Shown here piece by piece: positions 25,200 to 38,379 of a DNA stretch of 64,000 nucleotides. The stretch is taken from positions 4,526,001 to 4,590,000 of the forward strand of contig OX597817.1 in assembly GCA_951406725.2 (NCBI GenBank), read 5' to 3'. The stretch's first letter is position 1. Each line of letters starts with the position of its first letter. The notes below the pieces were generated by a model. That model ran no database searches. It was not told where the DNA came from and was given only the letters and a program-made list of their open reading frames with translations. Source of the DNA: Octopus vulgaris. Its lineage: Eukaryota. The translations under genes and the position numbers were made by a program.

Positions 25200-28100
25200 T
25201 GCTTCCGAATTCAAACAGACGGTCTAGGTATCTTATTAATTTCTCGAGTTCGATACGCACGCAGTCTTCCATCATATCAGTTACCTTCCTCCATTTGTTC
25301 TCTTCATGTATAGGCGATTGCTGTCTGCACGTGAATAATGGAACTCAGGCATCGTTAGGTACTCTCTTGACTTCCTGTCCATCTCCTTTCGCTCCCCCTC
25401 GGTCCACTTCAGAATTCCAGCGCCATAGCAAACTACTGCGACTGTGCGCGAGTTTAATGCCGAAATTATGTATCTGCCGTTCAGCTTCGAAGCTAATATT
25501 TTTCTCACTCGCCGCAAGTACCCTCTTTTTTGTCAATTCCTTCATGTCCTTCTGTTTGATTCCATCTGCTTCAAGTATTCCCAGATATTTATAGCTGGAT
25601 TGAGGTTGAACTGCCTTCATCATTTCACTATTTGGCAACCATAAGCCTTTCTGTCCTGACAAGCTTTCCTCATCTCATCACCATCGTAGCACATTCTGAC
25701 TATCCAAATTCCATCTTGATATCATTGGAGAAAATCCGCACTGACTGGATTAGGCTGTCCCGTTCTGCCTCACTTTTTGTGAATAGCTTGAAGTTGCCCA
25801 TGAATAGCAAGTGGTCCAGCTTTTCAATTACCTCTTCCCAGATCATACCCCAACTTTGTTTTCTGTAGTATTTCACTCAAGGAGATCGTTCCCAGCACGA
25901 AGATCAGTGGGGACATGCGCACTGCCCCATTCGAAGTTTACTCTTTCGATTTTCACCTCTCCTAAAACTTGATACCCTGCTGTCAATTCCGTTCTTCAGC
26001 ACTTCTTGCTATTCTATATAAAGCTTTTCATATTTTCTGCTACTCCATAATTTCCATTGTTCTTCTTATCCAGGATTGTGTTATCATATTGTCTGCATTG
26101 CGATAGTCAGCCCATGCCATACTCAGGTTTCTGTGTCTTTTCTTGCAGTTCTTGATACTTAGCTTATCAATTAAGAGCCGATCCTTCGGTTCCCTGTTCC
26201 CTTTTCAGCACCCTTTCTGTTCAATATGGAGCATCCCACATTTTTTCTGTACAGTTCGCCGACCAATGCCCCTGACATTAGTTTCCTCATTAGCGGAAGG
26301 CACGTTATTAGTCTAAAGTTGGATGCAACATTTCCCTTTTCAGTATCCTTAGCACATAACAATGCTCTTCCCTTTGTCATTCAGCTAAATACTGCGCCTT
26401 CCTACAATCACTCATCTAGCTGTTGCGCTATCCTTTCACGGAGCCCTCTCAGCTTCTTCATCCAATAACCTTGGACCCCACCCGGTCCTGGGCTCTTCTA
26501 TTTTGGGAATTTTCTTAACTGCTTTTTTTATTATTTCTTTAGTTATTTTTATGTTTTCTTGGCCTTCTGTATTCCTTAACTTGTCTTGGATTTCTTGCAG
26601 CCACTCCGCTTCATCATTATGCTCTACAAGTTAGTCCCAGATCCCTCTCCAGAATGCCCTGTTTTCTTCTACATTTAGTATCATTGTTACGTGCATTTGC
26701 CCGTCTAGTTCCTGAAACAGTTTCTCCTGATTTGCTTCAATCTGTTTTGCCTGAGTTGTTTTGCTCTATTGTCGTATCTTACCAGTTTTGCTTTGATTGT
26801 TACTACTCTTTGTTTCAATTCTTCCAATATCACGTCATACAATTTATCTCTTATTCTATGCATATATACTTTCTAACATTATTGTGAAGCCTTCGCTCTG
26901 CAATTCCCGTCTTCTCAATTTACCAACTTGACCCAATTGTCTTTTTAACTTTGTTTCTCACAAATTCGTCTACACCAGTATGGCTCTTTACGTTCTGTTT
27001 GTTCTCTTCTTTTGTATCTAACTCTATCTGCAGTAACTATAGCTGCAGCCCAAGTAATCTTGTTAGTTTCAGTTATATTTCTCATCTAGAATCGACCAAG
27101 GACCGATTCAACCCTTTTAGTTTGAACTTTGAGCTAGTGTTGATCAATATACATCAGATTGGCTGTTGTTTGATTCTAGTCTTCTCTAATATATCCGCAC
27201 AGCATCCTCACTGTCTTGTTGGTCATCATCGTATTCTTGTGGTATAACTCTTCCTACTACTCCTGTTTCATTTGTTGAGAATGTATTTACATTTACACTT
27301 TGCTCTACGTCTCCACTGCTTCCATTCATTTCTCTGATTTCACTGGGCGTGTTATCTGTTGGTAAAGTATTATTTCTATCTTCTACTTTCCTTTAAATCT
27401 ATTCACTTTCCATGTCCGTTAGCCACCCTTTTGCTCTTATTGCTACTGCTTGGTGGGCTAACTGTTGCGCACTTACTTTGAGAGTCCTGTTTCATTCCAG
27501 TTTGCTTTCATCCGTTGTCGGAATCCCTTTTTACTGGATTCACTCCTGATCCAATATTCAATTACCGTTCCGTTTGCCTCTTTATCCCACCTTGTTCTCT
27601 GCTTCTGGTTCTGTGTACAAGCAGTCTCTGGATGATGACCTGGCCTGCGCTGGTCAACCACAGGGTATCTGCCGGGCGAAAAGCTTTCACCTTTGGTTCC
27701 AGATTCACTAACACTGTTATTTGATACATTTGTATTAGATATTTTCATTCAACAATGAGGTTTACGTTTTAAGATTAACCACCGACCTGTATTTTTATCG
27801 AGACACCATCTCTCGCAGGATTATTAACCAAGACTGTAGAGCTCTTACTACGCATGAGTTGGGTCTGTTCCCTTCGCTTTTATGTGTGCTGGAGACCATG
27901 ATCCTGATTCTCACTAGGTGACTGGTGAATGTCAGTTGGTTCCGTATCTATATCTAATTTTTGCTCCTGAGTTAAGCCCCGATTTGCAGTTCATTCACCT
28001 TCATCCCACGCATGGAGCGTTGAGCACTGACAGATTGTCACTCCTGTGTCTAAGGAGTCCTATCTATCCCAGTTTGTAAATCAGAGTGTTCCTTCTTCTA

Positions 28101-28300
28101 GATTGCCAACCAAGGCTCACGAGTCGATCTGTTTGCCGAATGGTCATTGACTCTTCTGAATTCCTCTGCCCTTTGCCGGGTTTTGTTATTAATCCCTCAG
28201 GGTGTCGAAAATCCATCCTCCTCACTAAGCAAGCTTAGTGAGGTTACTGTTTTAGTCGCCGACGACAAGACGGCTTCACAATGCTACTTGTGGATCATTC
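25200..28300 (-). mobile_element. R4/Dong-like non-LTR retrotransposon, degenerate, with 5' UTR and RT, lacking the 3' endonuclease
   Basis: N-terminal RWDKEAN...GFRQRMKANW...GWLT; RT motifs NFRLITCLPLM, AWADYR, LLFMGNFKLF, YKYLGILEAD, RRVRKILASKLNG, RLYMKRTNGGR. Many stops and frameshifts. Confidence 0.85.
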
Positions 28301-28511
28301 AGTATTATCATTTACTTGCTCACTGTTATAATTCCACTATTAGTACGATTATCTTTACCGTATTATTTACTTGCTTATTACTATAGTTTCACTATTATTA
28401 CTATAATTATATTATTACTATAAGGCCTAGAGGTCCTAATATTGTTTCCCCTGCTTTCTTTAGACAACAAATGATGGCAGATTTATGGCTATTGGTTTAG
28501 CTGCTAATGTT

Positions 28512-28710
28512 CTTTTCTAGTAGAGGCACAAGGCCCGAAATGTTGGGGGAGTGGGCCAGTCGATTAGATCGACCCCAGTACGCAACAAGTACTTAATTTA
28601 TCGACCCCGAAAGGATGAAAGGCAAAGTCGACATCGGCGGAATTTGAACTCAGACGAAATGCCGGTAAGCATTTCGCTCGGCGTGCTAACATTTCTGCCA
28701 GCTCGCTTCC
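28512..28710 (-). mobile_element. SINE family 1 with 20-bp target-site duplication
   Basis: Flanks ttggtttagctgctaatgtt (28492-28511) and ttggcttagctactaatgtt (28711-28730), 2 mismatches. Confidence 0.9.
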
Positions 28711-28939
28711 TTGGCTTAGCTACTAATGTTGTTGCGGCGCTATATAGGAGAGCGGGTATACGTGCGGGTACACCGTGCACCTGTTGAGACAACGGTAATT
28801 TGATGGAGGGAGTGAGCTAATGTACAACGCATACATTTGATCACTATTAACAAATCATCTGAGCAGGTCGTTCGGCAAAAGCTCAACACTCGTACGTCGT
28901 CTTCGATGGGAGGGCCGATCATTGTTATTATCGTTCATC

Positions 28940-29089
28940 AGTACGTTCTGAGTTCAGGTTCCGCTGAGGTCGACTTTGCCATTCATCCTTTCCGGTTGAT
29001 AAATTACGTACCAGTTGCGTACTGGGCTTTATGTAATCGCGTACTCTCCTCACAGCAAATTTCAGGCCTTGTACCTTTAGTAAAAAACG

Positions 29090-29168
<79 letters not shown>

Positions 29169-29173
29169 TTATT
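28940..29173 (+). mobile_element. 5'-truncated SINE family 1 followed by (TTA)n
   Basis: gttctgagttcagg...gaggtcgactttgccattcatcc...ggccttgtacctttagta, then a TTA array. Confidence 0.75.
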
Positions 29174-29298
29174 ACAGTTATATTTACATTTCAGATGCAA
29201 GGAACGTGCTCCGAAGATGTGCGGTAAATTCTTGGTTTCTCTATGTGAATTTTCTCCGAGGACAGTTGCTACCATTTTGCTTTCTTTCTTTCTCTATT

Positions 29299-29358
<60 letters not shown>

Positions 29359-29844
29359 TTTTTCTTTCTTCCTTCCTTTCTGTCTTCTGTCTGTCTTTCT
29401 TTCTTTCGTTTTTTAAGTTTACAGTGTAAATTCTCAATAACAAGATGGTATGTTGAGACATCTTTGAATATCTGGTCTATTTGAGGCGTAGAACGTCATA
29501 TTCTTTTGTCGCTTGGCTTGGCAAGCTGACAGTTTCCTCGCCATGTCAACTAGAAGCTGACAGCTGAAGAAGGTACGATGGCGGGTAGCTTATCAAACAA
29601 GCGGTGATGATGCTACGAAAGCGGCTTCTGTATATGTTGTCTGCCACAATCATATGAGAAACATTCCTTTCGAAACAGAAAAGTAAGTTATTGACATTTT
29701 CTTTTATTTTTTAACTATTTATTCTGTCAGGTAGGGAGGCACAAAGATGCTGCCAGAACCACGTGGTTAAGACGTTTCCTTCAGAACCACATTATTTAAA
29801 GATCGAGTTCATTGGGCGACAACTTGGACAAGTGTTCTATATTT

Positions 29845-29887
<43 letters not shown>

Positions 29888-30518
29888 GTGTATGCGTTTA
29901 TGCATCTATTTGTGTGTTTGTGTATGCTTGTGTATATGTGTAGTGTATAATCTTTTCAACGTTTGTGCATATTGATCTAAAAAAGGTGCGTCTTGTCGTG
30001 CAGGATACTAAAGTATATTACATGTTGATATGAGCAGCATGAAAGCAGTGCACAATCCTGTCCGTAATCTGACTTTCTCAGTAGTAACGCACTTCGCTTT
30101 GTCGTCGGCGTCATTGTCGTCAGCACCACTACCACCATCATCATTGTTGCCGTCGTCGTCAACACAACAATAAAAGCTGAAGTTTTAATCGAACCCTTCG
30201 TATTGAGCACTATTATAACTCAATAGCTTTACTCGTGAGACATTTGAAATTTAGAAGAGAAAACAAACCTTGGGGAGCAGTTGAATGATGACTTTAATCC
30301 GGCACTTAGTGAATGTTTTCTGGTAAGCTAATGATTTTGCTGGTAGCGTGACTAGCTCAGCTCTGAGTAAGATCATTTGTTGCTTTATGAGACATTAAAT
30401 TTCATATGATCTATCAGTTTTTCATTTGTATAATAAAATATTGACATATCTTCCAGCAGTATGAACCCTCCAGTAATCTTTGTGTATGTTTTAACTAATG
30501 CAAAGCTATCAGGGAAAT

Positions 30519-30916
30519 GTGGAGGCGCAATGGCCCAGTGGTTAGGGCAGCGGACTCGCGGTCGTAGGATCGCGGTTTCGATTCCCAGACCGGGCGTTGT
30601 GAGTGTTTATTGAGCGAAAACACCTAAAGCTCCACGAGGCTCCGGCAGGGATGGTGGTGATCCCTGCTGAACTCTTTCACCACAACTTTCTCTCACTCTT
30701 ACTTCCTGTTTCTATTGTGCCTGTATTTCAAAGGGCCGGCCTTGTCACTCTCTGTGTCACGCTGAATATCCCCGAGAACTGCGTTAAGGGTACACGTGTC
30801 TGTGGAGTGCTCAGCCACTTACACGTTAATTTCACGAGCAGGCTGTTCCGTTGATTCGGATCAACCGGAACCCTCGTCATCGTAACCGACGGAGTGTTGC
30901 CAAAAAAAAAAAAAAA
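30519..30916 (+). mobile_element. tRNA-derived SINE family 3, intact, poly(A) tail, perfect 11-bp TSD
   Basis: A box tggcccagtgg, B box ggtttcgattcc, A-tail 30902-30916, TSD atcagggaaat at 30508-30518 and 30917-30927. Confidence 0.95.
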
Positions 30917-31399
30917 ATCAGGGAAATATTTCTGCTGAATTTTCCCTGTTCTCCACATAGTCTACAATTACCGTTTGTGCTCTGTATCTCAATACGTTTT
31001 GGGTAAATTCTAATGAAAGCAATTTGTTTTTGTGAGACGAACAAAACACTTTCTACTTCTGATATTTAGTAGCTAAGCTTCTGAACTTATTCTTGACTAT
31101 TTTAAATTTTATTTGCTTGTTCGGTGTTGTCCTTTTTTTTAGATATAGAGCTAATTTGGGGACATATTTTAATATGCTGTCTTTTAGTCCCAATTTGTAT
31201 TTCGGTTTTGGACTTAAAGAATTGATATTAATATTATATGAAGAGTATTCTATTACCGCTATATTTGCTGGTTTTGTTGAAGAAGGAACAGTTTTGTTTT
31301 CTGTTATAATTTGTAGTTACCTGTGGTCACTTCACTTAATTCTGTACTAATTATTGTATTTCAAAACTAAATAATTACACTATGTGTGTAACAGCATAA

Positions 31400-31672
31400 T
31401 GAAGGCGCATGTCGCACTGGTTAGGGGTAATCGGCTCTCGATCACAAGGACTCGAGTTCGATTACCAGCGTCCCGTTTTGTCCCCGTGGAAGACACTTTA
31501 TTTCATTTTGCTCCAGTCGATTCAGCAAGGAAAAAGGAGTTGTACTCGTAATTCAAAGGCCAGCTTTGTCACATTCTATGACACGCTGTCTTTGGAGTGC
31601 TCAACCACTCCCACGTAAATTTCACGAGCAGGATCAGCTAGAATCCTTGTTGTCATAACGGACGGAGTTGCA
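31400..31672 (+). mobile_element. Older, diverged relative of SINE family 3
   Basis: tRNA-like head. 3' part ggagtgctcaaccactc...aatttcacgagcagg...acggagt is shared with the 30519 copy. Confidence 0.75.
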
Positions 31673-32599
31673 GTTTATATTGTGTGGAAATGTAAGCACA
31701 CTAATATGATGCTATGTATATGCCTTTCATGTAAATGACTGAACGATATGTATTCTAAGTATGGTCACTATTTTCTTTCTATTTCATTTCAGTACCAGAT
31801 GAAGATGCTGCAAAATTAATTACAGATACGGCTAGATTGTTAATATCTATTAGCTTATATTTACGATTCAACCCAGTTTTAATTATTACATTAAAGTGTC
31901 TGTTACATGTGTTTATAGTATAATACTAATATGTTCTTACAGATTCCTCTCTTTACTTGGTCTAGTTCATTAATAATTAATAATTGTAAGTCGGTGTTTG
32001 ACCAAATTCTCTCTGCTCTCTAATGTATCTAACATGAAAGCTCTCTCTATATTTTTTTTATTAATTTTCCTCTTTATAGCGTGACATTGGTACATAATAC
32101 AATTTCGAAGTTTATGTCAATTTCCCCCGTTGAATCTTGAAAGAATGTAACAAGATATACATTTGTTTGCCATCTGTAATCAGTATAAAGCCGGAGGTTA
32201 TACATATGCAGCAGATGGTTAAATGTCACACAATAAGTATTTCTATTCTTTTGACTTAGAGAGTTGGTTGAATATATTATTACTCTTATAATATATTTAT
32301 TTTATTAGGCATTTTTCATTTTTTATTTGAATTTTTCTTTTTATTTGAGACCTGTGCAAATGTCTACTGTTTACTCTTCGTAGATTTGGTGAAAATACTT
32401 GTTCTTTGTTCTGCTTTACTTATGGCAATGTTTCCACTTTACGTGAGCGGACAATACTGTCTACAACCTTCTGTTACAAAACACAAGACAAAGAGAAAGA
32501 TCAGTTATTGTTTTTAATGTTATCTTTTTGTGGCATCTGGAATGTCATCCAGCGCTCACAGCTGTCTGCCAGTCGGGCATTTCGGTCGGTTAAAGTTCC

Positions 32600-33160
32600 A
32601 CTCTGGTGTTCGTAGACTTAGTGGTGGTCAAAAGAAATGACGCTCCCGGAGAGACTCTGGGTTGTTTCAGCTGAGATTCCAGCTGTGACCCATGAATAAT
32701 TTTCAAGAATACTTGATCTGTCAGATGTGGCGCATTCCTGGTAAACTCGAGGACACAGAAATGCCGTTAAACGAGCCTGTCTGAGATGCACTCATGGTAA
32801 TGGAATCATTCTGCATGCAATCGTTCAATAGTTGAGAATTGCTGATTGTGGAATTATGTCGAACACCTACTAAAACTGTGTGGCGGATATAGCTATCAGC
32901 TGAGTCCACTGTGAAGATCATCCTACCGTCTATTTTTGACTTGAAACGTCAGGCGACATTTTTCTGTCTTGAGGCTTTGGCGAAAGTGGGATAGGTGTGG
33001 GACAGATTGCGTGAGCTGAAGACAGAGAACTTCCTTTTTAGCCAACCTCCCATCAACTTTCTCAAATTTTACTTGAAAAAGTAAATGAATGAGAGGCGAG
33101 CATGGTCCGAATGAACGGTCTTTTCTAGCTATGCCTCTGTTGTTAGAAGAGAATAATAGG
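32600..33160 (+). pseudogene. L1/Tx1-like LINE ORF2 3' fragment
   Basis: 32910-33100 is homologous to the reverse complement of 34240-34440 (F.CL.A.AK...WT..., ccatcaa...ctcaaat). Confidence 0.55.
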
Positions 33161-33469
33161 GAGAGGACACTTGCCTTAATGTTTAGAAGAACCATGATTT
33201 TTTTTTAAAATTCCACACGTAGTCTTCGAAGGTCTTCTCACAGTTAGGTAAAATATTTTTCGTTGCATCTTTATATTCTGGTTCCTGGTTTTCTGTTTTG
33301 CATGATTTTATATAAACCATGTGGCAACGTTCAATTTCATCCCCGAAATTTTTGTTAACTCTTAGAAGTTAATAAAAACTTTATCATTTTTGTATTATTT
33401 GATGTGTGGTAGATTCAGGTGCTGTGCAGATCCTCACGTATTATATAAATCGTTGCTATGAATTCATGT

Positions 33470-33990
33470 GGTCGCAAACATGTCCCTCCACGGCCACCTT
33501 TATCGCTTGCGAGACATCTTTGAAAGATTTGAGGACAAAGCTCATTTTCAGGGGCTATTTATCAATTTGGATCAGTCGGAATCCTTCGATAGGATCGGCA
33601 ATCGTTAATTAGAATCCTTCCCACAAAGAAGATACGTTCGGACTTGTTCTCAGAAGATGGTTCGCTGCACCACGCAACGGTATCTGCTTGGTTGTTAAAT
33701 GTAACGCTACTTCAAAGAAGTTTTCTCATAGCACGTTCGTTCCGTCAGAGTGTACTCCTATCTTCTTCTGTACGTGTTGGTTTGCGAGCCACCGCTGCGT
33801 TCGGGGATCCATGGGAGCAATGTCGGCGTATACAGAAGACATCACTGTTATGATGTCACACGCCACTAAAATGGAGGTTTTTGGCACTAAAAGAATACAA
33901 GGCCGTGGTATCGGCTAATGTCAACAGGCAAATTAGAGGTCCTGTAGTACAGCCTCCGAATTGGAAAGTCCATCACATCAAACGTCTCCA
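33470..33990 (+). pseudogene. L1/Tx1-like reverse transcriptase fragment
   Basis: INLDQSESFDRI, RSFRQ..LLYVLVCEP, SAYTEDITV (degenerate YADD). Confidence 0.7.
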
Positions 33991-34079
33991 CATCAACGTA
34001 GAGAAATAATAAATAAATAAATAAATAAATAGAATACCCAATAGCAGGGCAGTCTTCTGGGGTAAAGTCCACACAAAAA

Positions 34080-36650
34080 TCCCGGATTATTCTGCCATCT
34101 CGAAGGCATGGGAAAGTGTCCTCTTTCAGTTTCTTTCCTCCTGCTTAGAAAAGTAGATCCAGTCAGAGTAGATTATTCAGAGTAGATTCAGTCAAATGTC
34201 TTGCCACTGTCGACCACTTTTAATAAATACACTAGAAGGCTGCCTCTCCCTCTCTATCCTCGCCTTCCTCTTCAAATGATATTTGAGTAAATTGATGGAA
34301 GTTTGACCAGATAGGTATGTGCTTGTCTTCAAACCTTTCAGACGGGTCCACCACACAGCCTCTTTTGCTATAGCCACTAAACAGAGAAAGATCTGCCTTC
34401 CATCTCTGATCAGAGGACATGGTTCATCGATTTTCACTATACACTCGGCAGACAGCTGAATTCAGCTTACACGCGAAAACAACTGCTCCACACAATCCCA
34501 CAACTCCCTAATGCGCGGAGACTGAATTATTGTATGCGGGACGATTTCGTCCCCTTGCAAGCACCTCGGGCAGGTTCGGCTGTTGGCAATTCCATACCTG
34601 GATAGCTTGTCTCAAATGAGCAATGCCCCTCTGTAGAAGAGCCAAGCCAAAGACTTTTGGAAATTGTCCATGATCTCCGACCCAAAGGTTCTCTGGAAGA
34701 GACCACTCAGACTTTTCTCCTCGATACCTAGATTCGATCCTACGCCATCATCACTCAAACCCTCTACTAGCCCCCTACGGTTTTGGACAGATGATACAAG
34801 GCTGACAACATTCTGGATGACAAATGCCCAACTACGTTTGACCTATGACTGCAACTCTGTCGATGAGATAAGCTGCAGAAAAACGCCAACATCAGTTCAC
34901 CCTTAATTTCGTCGTCGTCATCCAAATCATCGCAGTGATTTAAATATTGTTGTAGATGCGACAGCCTCAAAGCGTGGCACTGCATCATTAAGGATGTAAT
35001 CCTAAAACTACCACGCTGTGGGTGTTGACAGCTAGTAGATTTTCTGTCCAGCGGATCCTGACCCTTCCATAAGAATCGAAAAAGTAAGCGCTCTAATCTG
35101 GTCAGAGTGTTCTGCGGACAAGGTACGACAGCTTGGTGGTAGTACACTACCGAAGCGATATATGCATTCGCTACTTCCGCCTGGCCTTTCAGCGACAGCT
35201 TCCTTCCTGTCCACTTCTGGGTGACCTTGGATACCCTAGTCATGACCTCTTCCTAGTCTACCTGGAGATATAGTCCTAACCAGAATCAGAACAATTTCAC
35301 CGGACCCCCAACCGTCTAGCGACAGAAATCGCTGCTGGTTGACTTGCCTCTCCAAAAGTTTAGTTGCAGACCTACTGACTTGCTCTTGTTTATGAGTGCT
35401 CCTCTGCATTCCTGATATTCATTCAGTATAGTATCGATCTTTTCTATGTCCAAAGAGTCTGACAATCATGTGAGTGACGTCATCCGGGTGTGCAGAGCTC
35501 TTTTGTGACCTAGTTCCAACGGGATACCCCTCAAATTCTCCACCCTTCGCAGCAAGGATCCTAAAGCTAAAATATATAAAAGCGAGGAGAGAGGGCACCC
35601 TTGGTATACTGAGCGTTCAATACTGAAAGGTTCCGAGAGGTGGCCACTCAATTTGTCAACCGAGATTATGCCAATATATATACTGGTGATCCAGCCTACG
35701 AAGACGGGACTGAATCCGACAGCTTTTAGGACAGACACCAGACAGACCACTCGGTCAAAAGGTTTAGACATCTCCAAATTGGCCACTGCACCAACAAAAC
35801 CCGATCTATTTCCGACCCATTCTACGACGTATCGCATGAGGTGGTGATTATCGTGGATAGATCTACCGAGGGTCGCACAAGTTTGTGCCTCCCTGACTAT
35901 ACTACCGACAACAAGCTCCGGCCGCTTGGCGAGCACCTTAGCTGAAATCTTTAACTCAGTGTTAGGTAGAGTTATGGGCCTGACGCTTGCAATCACATCT
36001 TTCCTGTTTGGATCCTTTCCCAGCAGGGTCACCACTTCGCGACTCACACGAGTGGAAATGCTTCCCGTCTGTTGCCAGGAGCAGTAGACAGCTGCTAAAA
36101 ATGACACAAGCAAATCCGGCGTGTGGGCATATAGTTCATAGACCAGGTCATCCAATCCTAGTGATTTGAGCCCCACGCAGCGGGCCAGTAAATCTTCCAC
36201 TTTCTCCACTGAAATCGACTTCTCGCAGCACTTGATATCCTTGTCTGATAGAGGCGGCATACCCTCCAGGTAAGCCTCAAAGCCCACTGTGTCAAGAATG
36301 CCACTCATCGAAAGGAGGTTGGCGAAATGATGCCGAAATAGCGCTAGTCTCTTTGGAATCGGAGTGCACATGACTACTGCGGTCTGTCACAGAGTGAATC
36401 CTAGATTTGTGTCCATGCTGTGCCTCCGTTACTCGGGCCCAATCAACAGATATTGAGCCTTCGTGTTTCACGGCACGCACCCTAGCCCGGACAATACAGC
36501 CTTCATGTTTTACTTCTAAGAAATGGTCTAGTACAATTCTCGCCTCTAGCATGTCATTCCCAAACACACTTTTATGGGCGTCTTTTAAGTTACTAACTAG
36601 TTATTTTCTATTCTGTTGTTTTCTAAAGCTTTGCTAAAACTAACTAACAC
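34080..36650 (-). mobile_element. L1/Tx1-clade LINE, 5'-truncated, degenerate ORF2
   Basis: RPITLPNTELKISAKVLAKR, QTCATLGRSIHDN, KPFDRV, SVYQGCPLSSLLYILAL, RKLSLKGQAEVAN, FRFLWKG, C-terminal CPRC. Confidence 0.9.
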
Positions 36651-36749
36651 CTCTGATTTCCATTTTCAAAGAGAGCAACCACCCGTTATTGACGATGGTT
36701 CCCGTCAATTCCTGTTTAACTGGTCTACTAATCCGATCAAACTAAAATC

Positions 36750-37462
36750 AAACTGCATAAAATACAGAATAGACAACATATCAGTAAGTGATAAGTGCAG
36801 AATCTGTGGACAAAATAGTAAAACCGTATGGCATATTACCAGCCAATGTACGCCACTATTTCAGGAGGAATATGCGACGCAACGACAATATAGCCACGCT
36901 TCTCCATTGGATACTTTGTAACAAGTATGGACTTAACAGAGCAAAAACTTGGTACGACAACAAACCTGAAGGCATGGTCGAAAATAGAAATGCTAATATG
37001 CTATGGGATTTTATGATTCAGTGCGACCATGAGATAGAGAATAGGAAGCCAGACAGTCTTCATTGAGAAAGAAAACAAAGTATGCTGGATCATAGATATA
37101 GCATGCTCAGCTGACAACAAGGTATGCGATAAGGAAGAAAGAAAAGTCGAGAGATGTAACAGGTTAGCTTGGGACGTTAAGTCGATGAAAAAGATCGTAG
37201 TGATACCAATAATTGTCGGAGCCCTGGGAACAATGAGAAAAATCTCGAGAAGTACATGGAACAAATAGGGGCTTCAATAAGGGTGGAGCACTTGCAAAAA
37301 ACAGCACTGCTTGGAATCGCTCGAATACTCCAGAATGTACTCGAAAAATAAGAGATGTTACCTTAGTTCACTGGTAGTGAACAGCTGACACTGTAGTACA
37401 TTCCAGCGTTAGAGGCTGTGCAAAGGCAATAATAATAATAATGATGATGATGATAATAATAA
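36750..37462 (+). mobile_element. R4/Dong-like LINE 3' end (CCHC knuckle plus restriction-like endonuclease) with (AAT)n tail
   Basis: CRICGQNSKTVWHITSQC, LWDFMIQCDHEIENRKPD...IIDIAC, IPIIVGALGT, LQKTALLG, then an aataataat tail. Confidence 0.88.
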
Positions 37463-37629
37463 AATTAATAATAAGATGCTATAGGCGGACGGTAGAAAAG
37501 GTCACTAAAATTAGAAAGTAACCATAATCTGGGATATGCTAATACAAACAGATAGGAATTTAGGCCAATAGGCTGGATATAGTTGTTAGAGTTCAGCACG
37601 ATAAAAATGCTTTCTAATCGATGTATCAA

Positions 37630-37995
37630 TACCAATAGATGACAATGTTTCTCTAAAAGAAACGGAGAAACTTTCAAAATACAAAGATCTAGAAATAGAG
37701 GTAACTCGAATGTGGAGTCTAAAAGCAGACACAATTCCTATCATAGTGGGCGCATTAGGCACGAGAAAAGTTATTCCCACCAAAACAACAAAATCACCCG
37801 GACTAACAAATATATATAACATACAGAAAATAGCACTACTAGGCACCGTACACATCCTGCGTAAAACACATTCAATTCAGTAAAAGTAAGAGCATCAACA
37901 AACTACACTCCATACCCAAGCCACACACTGTTGCGCTCGGTAGTGCAGAGAAAGCACGTGATAAAAATAAGACTACTGAATAATAACAGCAACAA
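37630..37995 (+). mobile_element. Second R4/Dong-like LINE 3' end
   Basis: KETEKLSKYKDLEIEVTRMW...IPIIVGALGT...IQKIALLGTVHILRK, then a short UTR and aataataac. Confidence 0.85.
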
Positions 37996-38004
37996 CAATT
38001 TTTT

Positions 38005-38212
38005 TTTTTACTCTAGGCACAAAGCCCGAAATTTTCGGCAAGGGGCCAGTCGATTAGATCGACTCTAGTACGCAACTGGTGCTTAATTTATCCACCTCGA
38101 AAGGATGAAAGACAAAGTCGACCTTGGTAGAATCTGAAATCAGAACGCAGACGGGCGAAATACTGCTAAGCATTTCGCCCGGCGTGCTAACGTTTTTGCC
38201 AGCTCGCCGCCT
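38005..38212 (-). mobile_element. SINE family 1
   Basis: Matches the 28512-28710 copy along its length. Confidence 0.85.
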
Positions 38213-38271
38213 TAATAAAAAAAATAATAAATAAATAAATAATAAGAACAATAACAAAAACAACAACTATG

Positions 38272-38326
<55 letters not shown>

Positions 38327-38379
38327 CAACAACAACAATAATGATGATAATAATAATAATAAGTAGAAGAAAAAATAAT

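Noticed and set aside
30519-30597. tRNA-like sequence
   Set aside because: It is the head of a SINE with body, poly(A) and TSD, not a tRNA gene.
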